Of a DNA stretch of 64,000 nt, positions 55,342 through 64,000 are shown piece after piece. Made by a program: the position numbers and the translations under genes. Source of the DNA: a virus. Its lineage: Duplodnaviria; Caudoviricetes. The notes under the pieces are model-generated. The model had not been told where the DNA came from. It was given only the letters and a program-made list of their open reading frames with translations, and searched no databases. Every line of letters begins with the position of its first letter. Positions within the stretch are counted from its first letter, which is position 1. The stretch is from positions 1 through 64,000 of IMG/VR virus record IMGVR_UViG_3300048995_000011, one strand, 5' to 3'.

Positions 55342-56448
55342 GTGTGGTCGATGTCCACCCAAGCGCAGATCGCCCTCGGCCAGTCCCACTCCATGTCAGC
55401 CCGGGCGGTCATCACCTCACCGGGATTCGGGGTACGGGCGATCGGCATCTCTGGGGGCAGTGTCGTCGCCGACGCCACCAGCCAAGTGCGGCGCACCGCC
55501 ACCATCGAATGCGACCCACGGCTGTGGCCCGCCAACCCCACTGACCTGTTGGCGCCGTACGGGTCGGCATGTCAAATCGACTACGGCATCGTCCTCCCCA
55601 ACGGCAACACCGAATGGGTACCCCTCGGCCTGTTCTCGCTTGACGAAACCACCCGTACACGGCCCTACACCGCAGACGGGTCGATCTCGGTGAAACTCGT
55701 CGACATCGCAGCCCGGGTCGCGGATGACCGACTGGATTCACCCACGCAGACAGTCCCCAACGCCACCACCGTTGCCGAGATCGCACGCCTAGTGCGCGCC
55801 ACCGTCGGATCCAACCTCGAAGTCGTGGACCTCACCGGATCCAGCCACATCGCACCGCAGATCGAGATCGAACGGGAACGGTGGAAGGACGGCGTGGAGA
55901 AGTTGGCCGACTCCATCGGCGCCGAAGCCTACTTCGACCAGCTGGGCCGGCTGGTGATCCGGCCACAACCGGTACTCGACCAGGTCCCGGTGTGGACTAT
56001 CAGCACCGGGGACCGCGGCAATTTGTTGTCCCAAAAGCAGACCCTGACCAGGGAACGGGTCTACAACCGGGTGGTGGCTTCGGGGCAGAGAAGTGACGGC
56101 ACGTTACCGGTGTTCGCGGCCGTGTCGGACACCGACCCGGCGAGCCCCACCCGATACAACGGGCCGTTCGGGAAGAAACCCCGCTTCTACTCGTCCCCGT
56201 CGTTGACGACAGTCGCCCAGTGCACCAGCGCGGCTCAGGCGTTCCTGGACCGGGTGAGGGGTGTCGCAGCGCAGGTCACGAACGAGATCCTCGTCAACCC
56301 GGCCCTCGATCCGGGGGATGTGCTGTTGGTGCGCGACGACGAGACGGGCGAGTCGCGCCACATCATCGACAAGGTCACGACCCCGCTCACCCCTGGGGGG
56401 ACGCAGCCGATCGAAACCCGCTCCGACGAACTGCCCGCAGAGCAGTAG
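55342..56448 (+). CDS. baseplate hub / minor tail protein (DUF5047-like)
   Basis: GGSVVADATSQVRRTA, VPLGLF, VYNRVVASG, NPALDPGD. Confidence 0.8.
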   Translation: MWSMSTQAQIALGQSHSMSARAVITSPGFGVRAIGISGGSVVADATSQVRRTATIECDPRLWPANPTDLLAPYGSACQIDYGIVLPNGNTEWVPLGLFSLDETTRTRPYTADGSISVKLVDIAARVADDRLDSPTQTVPNATTVAEIARLVRATVGSNLEVVDLTGSSHIAPQIEIERERWKDGVEKLADSIGAEAYFDQLGRLVIRPQPVLDQVPVWTISTGDRGNLLSQKQTLTRERVYNRVVASGQRSDGTLPVFAAVSDTDPASPTRYNGPFGKKPRFYSSPSLTTVAQCTSAAQAFLDRVRGVAAQVTNEILVNPALDPGDVLLVRDDETGESRHIIDKVTTPLTPGGTQPIETRSDELPAEQ

Positions 56449-56456
56449 GAGGTGCT

Positions 56457-56681
56457 GTGGACACCGCGAAAGCCATCCACGCACTCATAGAGGACGTGGT
56501 GGGGTCGATGCACAAAACCGGGGTTGTCACCGCACTCTCAGGCAACCAAGTGGTCGTGTCCATCGACGGCGGCTCGATCACCCTCCCCAGGCTGGCCAGC
56601 TACACGCCCGCAGTGGACGACGTGGTGCAGATCCTCGCCCTCCGCAGAGGCTCATGGCTCGTGCTGGGCAAGACGGCGTGA
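56457..56681 (+). CDS. small tail protein
   Basis: AGGAGG RBS; LASYTPAVDDVV. Confidence 0.6.
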   Translation: MDTAKAIHALIEDVVGSMHKTGVVTALSGNQVVVSIDGGSITLPRLASYTPAVDDVVQILALRRGSWLVLGKTA

Positions 56682-57097
56682 CCGCCGGCAATACCTCCAC
56701 CAACGTGGAGGGCATGCCGCGGATGGGTATCTCCCCAATCCTGCGCGCCATCCTCGTCGTCCACCTCGAGGTTGTCGGCTTCGGCTACCTCCTCAACGGC
56801 CCCCAGGCGTACAGCGCCGACTCCTTCACCAACATCCGCGAGCTCGGTGTTCCCATGTGGATGTGGTTCGCCGCCTACATCGCGGCCGGCGTGCTCATCG
56901 CCATCGGACAACACGCCCTGGGGCACAGCCTCGCGATCATCGTGTTCACCTTCTGGGGAGTGTGCTTCCTCGCCGCGTGGTTCCAAGGCCACCTCGACGG
57001 GTGGGGGTCTGTGGCACACCCCAATTTCCTCGCACTGCCTCTACATGTCCTCGGCGCTTGGCGTCGCACCAGTTCGCGAGTCCGGGGGGACGCATGA
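56678..57097 (+). CDS. multi-pass membrane protein
   Basis: about four hydrophobic helices. Confidence 0.6.
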   Translation: MTAGNTSTNVEGMPRMGISPILRAILVVHLEVVGFGYLLNGPQAYSADSFTNIRELGVPMWMWFAAYIAAGVLIAIGQHALGHSLAIIVFTFWGVCFLAAWFQGHLDGWGSVAHPNFLALPLHVLGAWRRTSSRVRGDA

Positions 57098-57115
57098 GAC
57101 GGAGGGGGCTGAACG

Positions 57116-57472
57116 GTGGATGTCGCCGCCGAGGCCGCACCGGCGGGACCGCCGTGGCTATCAATTATTGCCATCGTGTCGGCAGTCCTCGTCGCACTGA
57201 TCACAGCCCGGGGCCCTGTCTGGCTGGAGAGGGCCAAAGCTAGATACGGCAAGGACAAGGGCGCGGCGGAGAGCAAGTCGAACACCTCAACACCTCCGGT
57301 GATCGAGCGAACCGATAGAGCAATCGACCTGGTGGGTGAGGCAATGTCGGACTACCGCAAGGAACGCGACGAGTTCCGTGAAGAACTCCGCCTGGCTCGG
57401 CTGAGGATTGACTACCTCGAAGGGCAGCTCTATCTGCGTGGCTGGAAGGGGGACTCCAGCTGTGGACGATGA
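57116..57472 (+). CDS. membrane-anchored coiled-coil protein (lysis-associated)
   Basis: N-terminal TM; C-terminal coiled coil. Confidence 0.6.
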   Translation: MDVAAEAAPAGPPWLSIIAIVSAVLVALITARGPVWLERAKARYGKDKGAAESKSNTSTPPVIERTDRAIDLVGEAMSDYRKERDEFREELRLARLRIDYLEGQLYLRGWKGDSSCGR

Positions 57473-58346
57473 GCGTCTCAAGAGAGGCCTGGACGAGCTG
57501 CGAGAGACAACCCACGAACTGGTCGAACAGGCACCGGAGCAAGCCCACCAGGTGGCGAAGGAAACCGCCACGGATGTGGTGAACCGACGCTGGCCGAAGC
57601 TGTTCATCGCAAGCCTCGTCGCGAACGTGGTCATCTTCGCCCTGCTCGCACTTGGGCTGTTCAACGTCATGTCCGAACTGGCGTCCACTCAGGCTGCGCA
57701 AGCCCAAACCAGCGCCGATGTGGATGCGCTGCGCAAGGCCGCGGAGCAGTCGAAGCCGTTGGGTGACCAGGCGAACAAGGAACTTCAGCAGCGCGGCCAA
57801 AACCCGGTGCCTATCCCGGAGCCGGGGAAAGGCGCCGACACGGATGTGATCGTGTCCGCCGCCACCGCACGGGTGTTGGCGTCCATACCGAACCCCACAC
57901 CGTCGAACGCCCAGCTGGGGCAGGCGGTGGCGCAGTACCTTGCGGCGAATCCGGTGCGTCCGGGCCAGCCGACACCGCAGCAGATCTCCGCGAGTCTCGC
58001 CGGCTACTTCACCACGAACCCGCCGCCGAGTGGCGAGCCGGGAAAGCCGGGCGCCGATGGCCAGCCCGGCCAGGATGGCCAACCGGGTGCGAAGGGCGAC
58101 AAGGGTGACACGGGCGAGCAGGGGCAACCGCCGACCGCCGAGCAAATCGAAGCTGCGGTGGCCGACTACCTGCGTGACCACCCGGAGGCGCTGTGCCCGA
58201 ACGGCGGCACCTTCTCGCAGCTGCGGGTGATGCTCGCTGACGGTGGCACTGCGGATGTGTGGTCCTGCGTCGTGTCCACGACTTCGGCACCGATCTCACC
58301 CACCCCACCCGACCTTCCCCAGATCATCCCTCCGTCCACGAACTGA
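57462..58346 (+). CDS. membrane protein with a collagen-like repeat
   Basis: one TM, then GEPGKPGADGQPGQDGQPGAKGDKGDTGEQG. Confidence 0.75.
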   Translation: MDDERLKRGLDELRETTHELVEQAPEQAHQVAKETATDVVNRRWPKLFIASLVANVVIFALLALGLFNVMSELASTQAAQAQTSADVDALRKAAEQSKPLGDQANKELQQRGQNPVPIPEPGKGADTDVIVSAATARVLASIPNPTPSNAQLGQAVAQYLAANPVRPGQPTPQQISASLAGYFTTNPPPSGEPGKPGADGQPGQDGQPGAKGDKGDTGEQGQPPTAEQIEAAVADYLRDHPEALCPNGGTFSQLRVMLADGGTADVWSCVVSTTSAPISPTPPDLPQIIPPSTN

Positions 58347-58393
58347 GGTACGCGCCGGGATCCCCTCGATACTCCCGAGAGCTTGTGAGGTAA

Positions 58394-59242
58394 ATGATGG
58401 CGAACAGTTCATCCCGTAGCGGCGCCCGGGTCCTGTGGGTGGTGGTGCACACCGCCGAGGGCATCCGTAAGGCGTCCGACCTGAAGTCGTTCTTCGAACG
58501 GTCGACGAACTCCAGCTCGCACGCGGTCGCGGACGACGTGACACTGCTGGACAACCTCGTCCCCTACGACCGGGCTGCGTGGACGCTGCGCAACGGCAAC
58601 TCCCGCTCGGACAACCTCGAGCTGTGCGGGTTCGCCAGCTGGTCGCGGGCCGAGTGGCTCAACAACCACCAGGGCATGTTGAACAACGCTGCCGCATGGA
58701 TCCGCTCCCGCTGCCTCGCCCGGGGCATCCCCATCCGCAAGATCGACGCCGCCGCTGTCGGCCGGAACGAGGCTGGGGTGATCGGCCACGTCGACTACAC
58801 CAACGGCAAACACGACGGCTCCCACTGGGACCCGGGCCCCGGATTCCCGTGGGACGTTGTCATCGCACGCGCCGCACAGGGCGGCGCTGCATCAAACCCG
58901 GAGGATGACATGCCACTCAATGACGCCGACAAGGCGTGGATCGCCGGCCAGTTCAAGACCAACACCGGCTGGTGGTATGACCCGCGTTTCCGCGGCAACG
59001 AGAACTACGCCCAGGTCATCCACGCGATCGCTGCCGACGCCGCGGCCGCGCGCCAGTTGCTCATCAGCAAGTCCTCGGCGACCGCCACGGAGATCGCCGA
59101 GGCGCTCAAGCCCGGATTGGCCGCTGCGGTCCTCCCGTCGGTTCAGGAAGCGGTCAAGGCCGCCCTCGGCGCGGACAACGAAGCTCTCGCCCAGGACATC
59201 GTGACCAAGCTCGGCGAACGCATCGCCCAGCCCAGCGCTTGA
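58394..59242 (+). CDS. endolysin, N-acetylmuramoyl-L-alanine amidase (Amidase_2)
   Basis: VVVHTAEG, SSHAVAD, AWT..NGN..S.NLELCG, GHVD..HWDPG..FPWD. Confidence 0.9.
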   Translation: MMANSSSRSGARVLWVVVHTAEGIRKASDLKSFFERSTNSSSHAVADDVTLLDNLVPYDRAAWTLRNGNSRSDNLELCGFASWSRAEWLNNHQGMLNNAAAWIRSRCLARGIPIRKIDAAAVGRNEAGVIGHVDYTNGKHDGSHWDPGPGFPWDVVIARAAQGGAASNPEDDMPLNDADKAWIAGQFKTNTGWWYDPRFRGNENYAQVIHAIAADAAAARQLLISKSSATATEIAEALKPGLAAAVLPSVQEAVKAALGADNEALAQDIVTKLGERIAQPSA

Positions 59243-59279
59243 ACCGTTCCGACCCAACGCTTCGAAAGGTGCTCCGCCC

Positions 59280-59498
59280 ATGAGTGACCACAGTGCAGTG
59301 CAGCCGGTGTCGGTGTTCCAGCGCTACCGCAAGGCCGTCGCCGCCGGCCTCGGCGCCCTGACCCCACCCGTCGCCGCCGGCCTCCTCGCACTCGTCGGAG
59401 TCAACATCGACGCCAGCGTTGCCGCGGTGCTGATCGGTGTGCTGTCTCCCGTGCTCGCGGTTGGCAGCACGGTGCGCGCGAAGCCGAACGCCGAATAA
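59280..59498 (+). CDS. holin
   Basis: 72 aa, YRKAVAAG, two TM helices; directly after endolysin. Confidence 0.75.
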   Translation: MSDHSAVQPVSVFQRYRKAVAAGLGALTPPVAAGLLALVGVNIDASVAAVLIGVLSPVLAVGSTVRAKPNAE

Positions 59499-59584
59499 CC
59501 CCGGATCGGGCTCTACAGGCATTCGTGCCTGCACCCCACCGGGGTTGTGACCAAACCGCTCGCGAGCACTAAGCGTCGCGAGTC

Positions 59585-59666
59585 GGCGCCGTCGTCCAGC
59601 TAGAAGGACACCGTTCCGGGGACGCCCGGGTAGACGGAAACGCAGGTGCAAATCCTGTCGACGCCA
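59585..59666 (+). ncRNA. tRNA-like RNA with a non-canonical anticodon arm
   Basis: acceptor GGCGCCG/CGACGCC, D arm GTCC-AGCTAGAA-GGAC, T arm GCAGG-TGCAAAT-CCTGT; extended central arm with a 4-nt loop. Confidence 0.55.
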
Positions 59667-59741
59667 CTTTAATTTCACCGCCTCAATTTAAAGCGAAACG
59701 CCTTTTACTTTAATTCCAAACCCCGCAGGAGTTGTCGACCG

Positions 59742-60233
59742 ATGCCCTTCGCAGACCACAGCCGCGTCGTCGTTGAGCAGGTCTCCGACAACACCTTTTG
59801 CCTCCAGGAGCCCCTGGTCTACCACGGCCACTACGAGACCTTCACCGTGCCCGCCGGCTACGTCACAGACTTCGCCAGCGTCCCCCGCCCTCTCGTGTGG
59901 CTAATTCCGACCTACGGCAAGTACACGCAGGCCGCGATCCTCCACGATTACCTGATCACCGATGCGCAGCCAGCCAGACTGATCACCTCGACGGACACGG
60001 ATGGCATGTTTCGGCGCGTCATGCGCGAGCTGGGTGTTCCCTTCGGGCGCCGGTGGCTGATGTGGTGCGGTGTCCGGTGGGGGGCGATCTTCAACCCCCG
60101 CCGACGCGAAGGCTCGTTGCGCACGCTACCGAAGGTGGCGTTGGTCAGCCTGCTCGCGCTGCCGATCGTGCTCCCCGGCGTGCTCGGCGTGGCCGTCAGT
60201 CTGCTCATCAGTGCCAGCACCTGGCGCACCTAG
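59742..60233 (+). CDS. DUF1353 family protein
   Basis: VPAGYVTDFASVPR, AAILHDYL, D.MFR..M. Confidence 0.9.
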   Translation: MPFADHSRVVVEQVSDNTFCLQEPLVYHGHYETFTVPAGYVTDFASVPRPLVWLIPTYGKYTQAAILHDYLITDAQPARLITSTDTDGMFRRVMRELGVPFGRRWLMWCGVRWGAIFNPRRREGSLRTLPKVALVSLLALPIVLPGVLGVAVSLLISASTWRT

Positions 60234-60260
60234 CAACGCCACACCCCCCCAAAACAACCC

Positions 60261-60298
60261 GAAGGGCCGACCACACATCCCGTGGTCGGCCCTTCTTT
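60261..60298 (+). terminator. intrinsic terminator
   Basis: 14-bp stem GAAGGGCCGACCAC/GTGGTCGGCCCTTC followed by TTT. Confidence 0.8.
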
Positions 60299-60314
60299 AC
60301 ACCCAGGAGGACTC

Positions 60315-61880
60315 GTGGCACTGCCCGCCGATCTCGACCAGATTCGCGTCTACGGAACCTACGTGGACTACAACGGTGACGCGCGATCCGGGAAGTACAC
60401 GTTCACCTCAGCCGTGCGCGTCCGGTCGGCAGCACACCACACCGCCGTCGTGGAGTCCTCCGTCATCGGCATCCTCGACGCCACGGGGCTTCTGAAAGCC
60501 GAAGACGGCACCACCGATCTCAAGCTGGTCGCCACCGACGACGCCGACGGCAACCCCACCGGATGGACGTGGACCGTCAAGGAGGAGATCACGGGCCTCT
60601 CGCCGCGGGTGTTCAACCTCTCGGTACCGGCCGATGGGGGCGACCTGGACCTGACGGGCGCCGCACCTGATGTTCCCCCAGTGAACCCGGGCGTGGTGGC
60701 CGTGACCAGGGTGAACAGCAAGTTCCCCGACTCCACAGGCAAGGTCACGTTGGTGGCGGGCGACATTCCCGCCGCACCCGTCAGCCACAACCACTCCGCC
60801 ACGGACATCACCTCCGGAACCGTCGGCTACGGCCGGCTCCCGGTCGGCACCACGGCCGGCTCGGTGGCCGCTGGCGACGACACTCGCATCACCAGCGCGG
60901 TGCAGCCCGCCCGCCAGGTCATCGCGGGCACCGGCCTCACCGGTGGGGGGAATCTCGCCGCGGACCGGACACTGTCCGTGGCTTACGGTACCGCTGCCGG
61001 GACCGCTGCCCAGGGCAACGACCCGCGGCTCTCGGACGCGCGGATGCCCACCGCGCACGCACACGCGATCGGTGACACCACCGGCCTCCAGGGAGCGCTC
61101 GACGGCAAGGAAGCCGCCGGCACTGCCGCCGCTGGGGACGCGGCACACGTCGCCGCGGTCGACCCGCACACCCAGTACCACAACAACACTCGCGGTGACG
61201 CCCGCTATGCGCTGATCACCCACGCGCACACCGTCTCCGACGTGACCGGGCTGCAGACTGCATTGGACGGCAAGTCCGATAGCGGTCACACCCACGACTA
61301 CAGCACCCTCACCGACATTCCGGCCAGCTTCCCCCCGGACGCCCACGTGCACCCCGTGGCGGATGTGACAGGCCTGCAGGTCGCCCTCGACGGCAAGGAA
61401 ACCGTGGGGGCGGCGTCCGGGGCGATATCGGCGCATCTCGCTGCAGGTGACCCGCACCCGCAGTACCTGACCCCCAGTGAGGCGAACACCGTCTACGCCC
61501 CGGTGTCCCACGCCCACAACGCCACGGACATCACCGGCATCCCGATGCACGCCGAGTTCTCCCGGTCGGGGACGGTCACGGTCGGGTCGGGAACGTTCCG
61601 CTGGTACAACGACTCAGGGAGAACCGTGTCGATCACCGCTGTGCGGGCTTCGGCGGGGACCGCCCCCACCGGGGCGCCCTTGGCGGTAGCGGTGAAGAAG
61701 AACGGTGCCGCGATCCCGGGTGCGAACGCGTCTCTCGCGGCGGGCAGCAACTCCGCGAAGAACACCGTCAGCGGACAAACCGTGGCGGACGGGGACTACC
61801 TGACGGTGGATGTGACCGCGGTCGGCAGCACCGTCCCCGGCTCTGACCTCGTCGTACAGGTGTGGGCGGTGATTGTGTAG
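60315..61880 (+). CDS. tail fibre protein with HxH repeats
   Basis: AGGAGG RBS; repeated H.H...D(I/V)TGL; D.H.QY repeats. Confidence 0.8.
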   Translation: MALPADLDQIRVYGTYVDYNGDARSGKYTFTSAVRVRSAAHHTAVVESSVIGILDATGLLKAEDGTTDLKLVATDDADGNPTGWTWTVKEEITGLSPRVFNLSVPADGGDLDLTGAAPDVPPVNPGVVAVTRVNSKFPDSTGKVTLVAGDIPAAPVSHNHSATDITSGTVGYGRLPVGTTAGSVAAGDDTRITSAVQPARQVIAGTGLTGGGNLAADRTLSVAYGTAAGTAAQGNDPRLSDARMPTAHAHAIGDTTGLQGALDGKEAAGTAAAGDAAHVAAVDPHTQYHNNTRGDARYALITHAHTVSDVTGLQTALDGKSDSGHTHDYSTLTDIPASFPPDAHVHPVADVTGLQVALDGKETVGAASGAISAHLAAGDPHPQYLTPSEANTVYAPVSHAHNATDITGIPMHAEFSRSGTVTVGSGTFRWYNDSGRTVSITAVRASAGTAPTGAPLAVAVKKNGAAIPGANASLAAGSNSAKNTVSGQTVADGDYLTVDVTAVGSTVPGSDLVVQVWAVIV

Positions 61881-63877
61881 TGGCCGCCACTCTCGCCGGC
61901 ACGGACGCCTCGCACGTCACTACCGCCACTGGAACCTCCGGCGCGCTGGTCGTGGCGAAGCCGAGCGGGCTCGCGGACCACCAGCTCATGGTGGCCGTGT
62001 GCTACGCCCGCAACCGGCCCACCACGGGGGAAGCGACGTTCACACCTCCCACCGGTTGGGTTGAGGCGACCCACAACGTCGGCAACGCGTCCCTGGCGGT
62101 GTACACGCGCTACGTGGAAACCGCGGTCGACGAAGCAGCAACCAGCTACACGTTCGCGAGCATCAACGGTGGGCGTTGGTTGGCGACGATCTTCCTCGTC
62201 GACGGGGTGGAATCCGCCACCCCCATCGACGTGTCCGCGATCAACGCGTCGTTCTCCGCCAACGCCGGTCTCACGGTGCCGTCGCTCACCCCCACCGCCA
62301 ACAGCGGGCTGTATGTGGGGGTAGCGCAAGGCCACCAGTCCAGCGCGTCGTTTACGTTCACCCCCAACGCGGGGATGACGGAAGTCGCGGACTTCAACAT
62401 CACCTCCGGTACCTCGTTCTCGGCGCTGCACGTCACCGCCGAACCCCTGTCCAGCTCGAGCTCCGGGGTCGCGACCGGCACCCGCACCTCCGTCCCGTCC
62501 TCCGCCGCATCGAACTCCTCGGGCCTCTCTCTCGTCATCAAGGCAGGCGTGTTCACCCCGCCCCCGGCGACGCTGGTGTCCATGGCGGTCGCCGCTGTCC
62601 AGGCGGACCGGTTCCGTGCCGCGGCGCACGCCCTGGATGCGACGGACGGGCGCCTCGCCGTGTCCACGTCGGCGGACATGTCCAGCCCCGCCTACGGCCC
62701 AACCGCCACCCCCGATTCCCGGGGCAGGTTGCACTTCACCTCGCCCACCGGGCTTCTCCCGGATCACGACTACTGGTGGTGCGTGGAGCTGAACACCGCC
62801 CTCCACGACGAAATCGTCGGGCGGGTGCACACCCTGCCGGCGACAGGCCAGAACTCCTCGTTCTCGTTCGCCGCTGCCTCGTGTGCCCGCACCAACTCGA
62901 ATCAGCCCGTGTTCGGCGCGGTCCGTTCGAGGACCGGCAGTACCGGACAGCGGGCTCTGTTCTTCATGCACCTCGGAGACATGGGCTACTGGGACCTTGC
63001 GGACCATGGCAACGCCACCCTGGACGCCACCTACACCGCCTACGAGGGGGTGTTCGCGCAACCGGAGCAGGCGCAGCTGTACCGGGAAGTCCCGCTGGTG
63101 TACATGCCCTCCGACCACGATTTTGGCGGGTCGAACGCGGACAAGGACAACCCCAACGGGGCCAACTTTCAGGCCGCCTACCGGGGCATCTTCCCCCACT
63201 ACGACCTGGTTCCGGACACCAACGCGGACGGGCAGGGCATCTACCACTCGTTCGCGATCGGGCGGGTCCTGTTCATCGTCACCGACGGCCGCTCGTACAT
63301 GTCCAGCCCACTGGACGCGGACGGGCCGACGAAAACGAAGCTCGGCTCAGTGCAGAAACAGTGGTTGAAGGACCAGCTCGCCGACCCCGACTACCCCGTG
63401 AAAGTCTGGTTCGGGGACTCGGGGTGGAACAACCTCACCACCTGGGTCCCAGAGCAGCCCGAAAACCGGTACGCCGACGACACCTGGTCCGGGTACAACA
63501 CCGAACGCACCGAGATCGGCAACTTCATCGAGGACAACTCGATCTCCGTGTGGTATGTGCACGGAGACTTCCACGCCTTGGCGGCCGAGACCGGCACCAA
63601 CAACCAGTGGGGCAGGTTCCCCATCGTCTGCAGTAGCCCCCTCGACCAGACCACGTTCATCGGCAACGGAACCTGGTCCGAGGGCTACTACCCGAACCCT
63701 GTGGACGAGACCACCCAGAGCCAGCAGTACGGGTGGTTCGATGTGGTCGACAACGGAGACTCCATCACCCTCGCGTTCACCGGCTACGGCCAGGACGGGT
63801 CGGCGCCCATCGCCATGGCCGCCACCTACCTCCTCGACGGTGGCGCCGAGTTCACCGGATGGGGGATCCCCCTCTAA
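61880..63877 (+). CDS. tail-associated N-terminal domain fused to a PhoD-like metallophosphoesterase
   Basis: FMHLGDMGYWD, PSDHDFG, TDGRSY, VHGDFH; N-terminal PSG....LM.AV..PPTGW beta-rich domain. Confidence 0.8.
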   Translation: MAATLAGTDASHVTTATGTSGALVVAKPSGLADHQLMVAVCYARNRPTTGEATFTPPTGWVEATHNVGNASLAVYTRYVETAVDEAATSYTFASINGGRWLATIFLVDGVESATPIDVSAINASFSANAGLTVPSLTPTANSGLYVGVAQGHQSSASFTFTPNAGMTEVADFNITSGTSFSALHVTAEPLSSSSSGVATGTRTSVPSSAASNSSGLSLVIKAGVFTPPPATLVSMAVAAVQADRFRAAAHALDATDGRLAVSTSADMSSPAYGPTATPDSRGRLHFTSPTGLLPDHDYWWCVELNTALHDEIVGRVHTLPATGQNSSFSFAAASCARTNSNQPVFGAVRSRTGSTGQRALFFMHLGDMGYWDLADHGNATLDATYTAYEGVFAQPEQAQLYREVPLVYMPSDHDFGGSNADKDNPNGANFQAAYRGIFPHYDLVPDTNADGQGIYHSFAIGRVLFIVTDGRSYMSSPLDADGPTKTKLGSVQKQWLKDQLADPDYPVKVWFGDSGWNNLTTWVPEQPENRYADDTWSGYNTERTEIGNFIEDNSISVWYVHGDFHALAAETGTNNQWGRFPIVCSSPLDQTTFIGNGTWSEGYYPNPVDETTQSQQYGWFDVVDNGDSITLAFTGYGQDGSAPIAMAATYLLDGGAEFTGWGIPL

Positions 63878-63913
63878 CACCCACCTGCAAGACCCGGCCC
63901 TTGTGGCCGGGGG

Positions 63914-63974
63914 AGAGCCCCAGCGCTCCCCAGCCCACTCCCCAGGGCCGGGTTGAGCGCTGGGGCTCTTCTTT
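63914..63974 (+). terminator. intrinsic terminator ending the late operon
   Basis: 15-bp stem AGAGCCCCAGCGCTC/GAGCGCTGGGGCTCT followed by TCTTT. Confidence 0.75.
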
Positions 63975-64000
63975 GCGTCCAGGGGTCAGCCCCGGCGTCG

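Noticed and set aside
1-64000. Integrase, repressor, replication or partition genes, and att sites
   Set aside because: No tyrosine/serine recombinase, primase, helicase, Rep or ParA motifs were recognised; they may lie outside the window, so lifestyle is not assigned.

Overview
High-GC, long-tailed (siphovirus-type) actinobacterial phage or prophage segment; WhiB and a TraB-like gene suggest a filamentous actinomycete host. No integrase, repressor or replication genes are recognisable in the window, which starts mid-genome. Layout: (1) 1-13.4 kb, short rightward early/accessory genes (nucleotidyltransferase, VRR-NUC nuclease, divergent AlpA-like HTH, lipoprotein HNH nuclease, HA-domain protein). 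(2) 13.46-24.3 kb, an inverted island of plasmid/AICE-like genes: HTH, membrane spread-type proteins, an FtsK/SpoIIIE-type TraB translocase with a repeat array just downstream, a tandem Phd/YefM-like regulator, WhiB, a methyltransferase, a YdjM-like hydrolase and a stand-alone M41 peptidase. (3) 24.6-36.2 kb, more early/late accessory genes (HAD hydrolase, HNH, Rv2179c-like exoribonuclease, a terminase-small-subunit remnant, a probable late regulator, an atypical tRNA-Trp). (4) 36.4-63.9 kb, a complete packaging, head, tail and lysis module, with a class 3 intein in TerL, a duplicated tail chaperone domain, a tRNA-like element and a PhoD-fused tail-region protein. The most striking feature is an apparently intact virion programme combined with a Streptomyces-type dsDNA conjugation module. 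All protein calls come from motif recognition by eye; no database searches were run.
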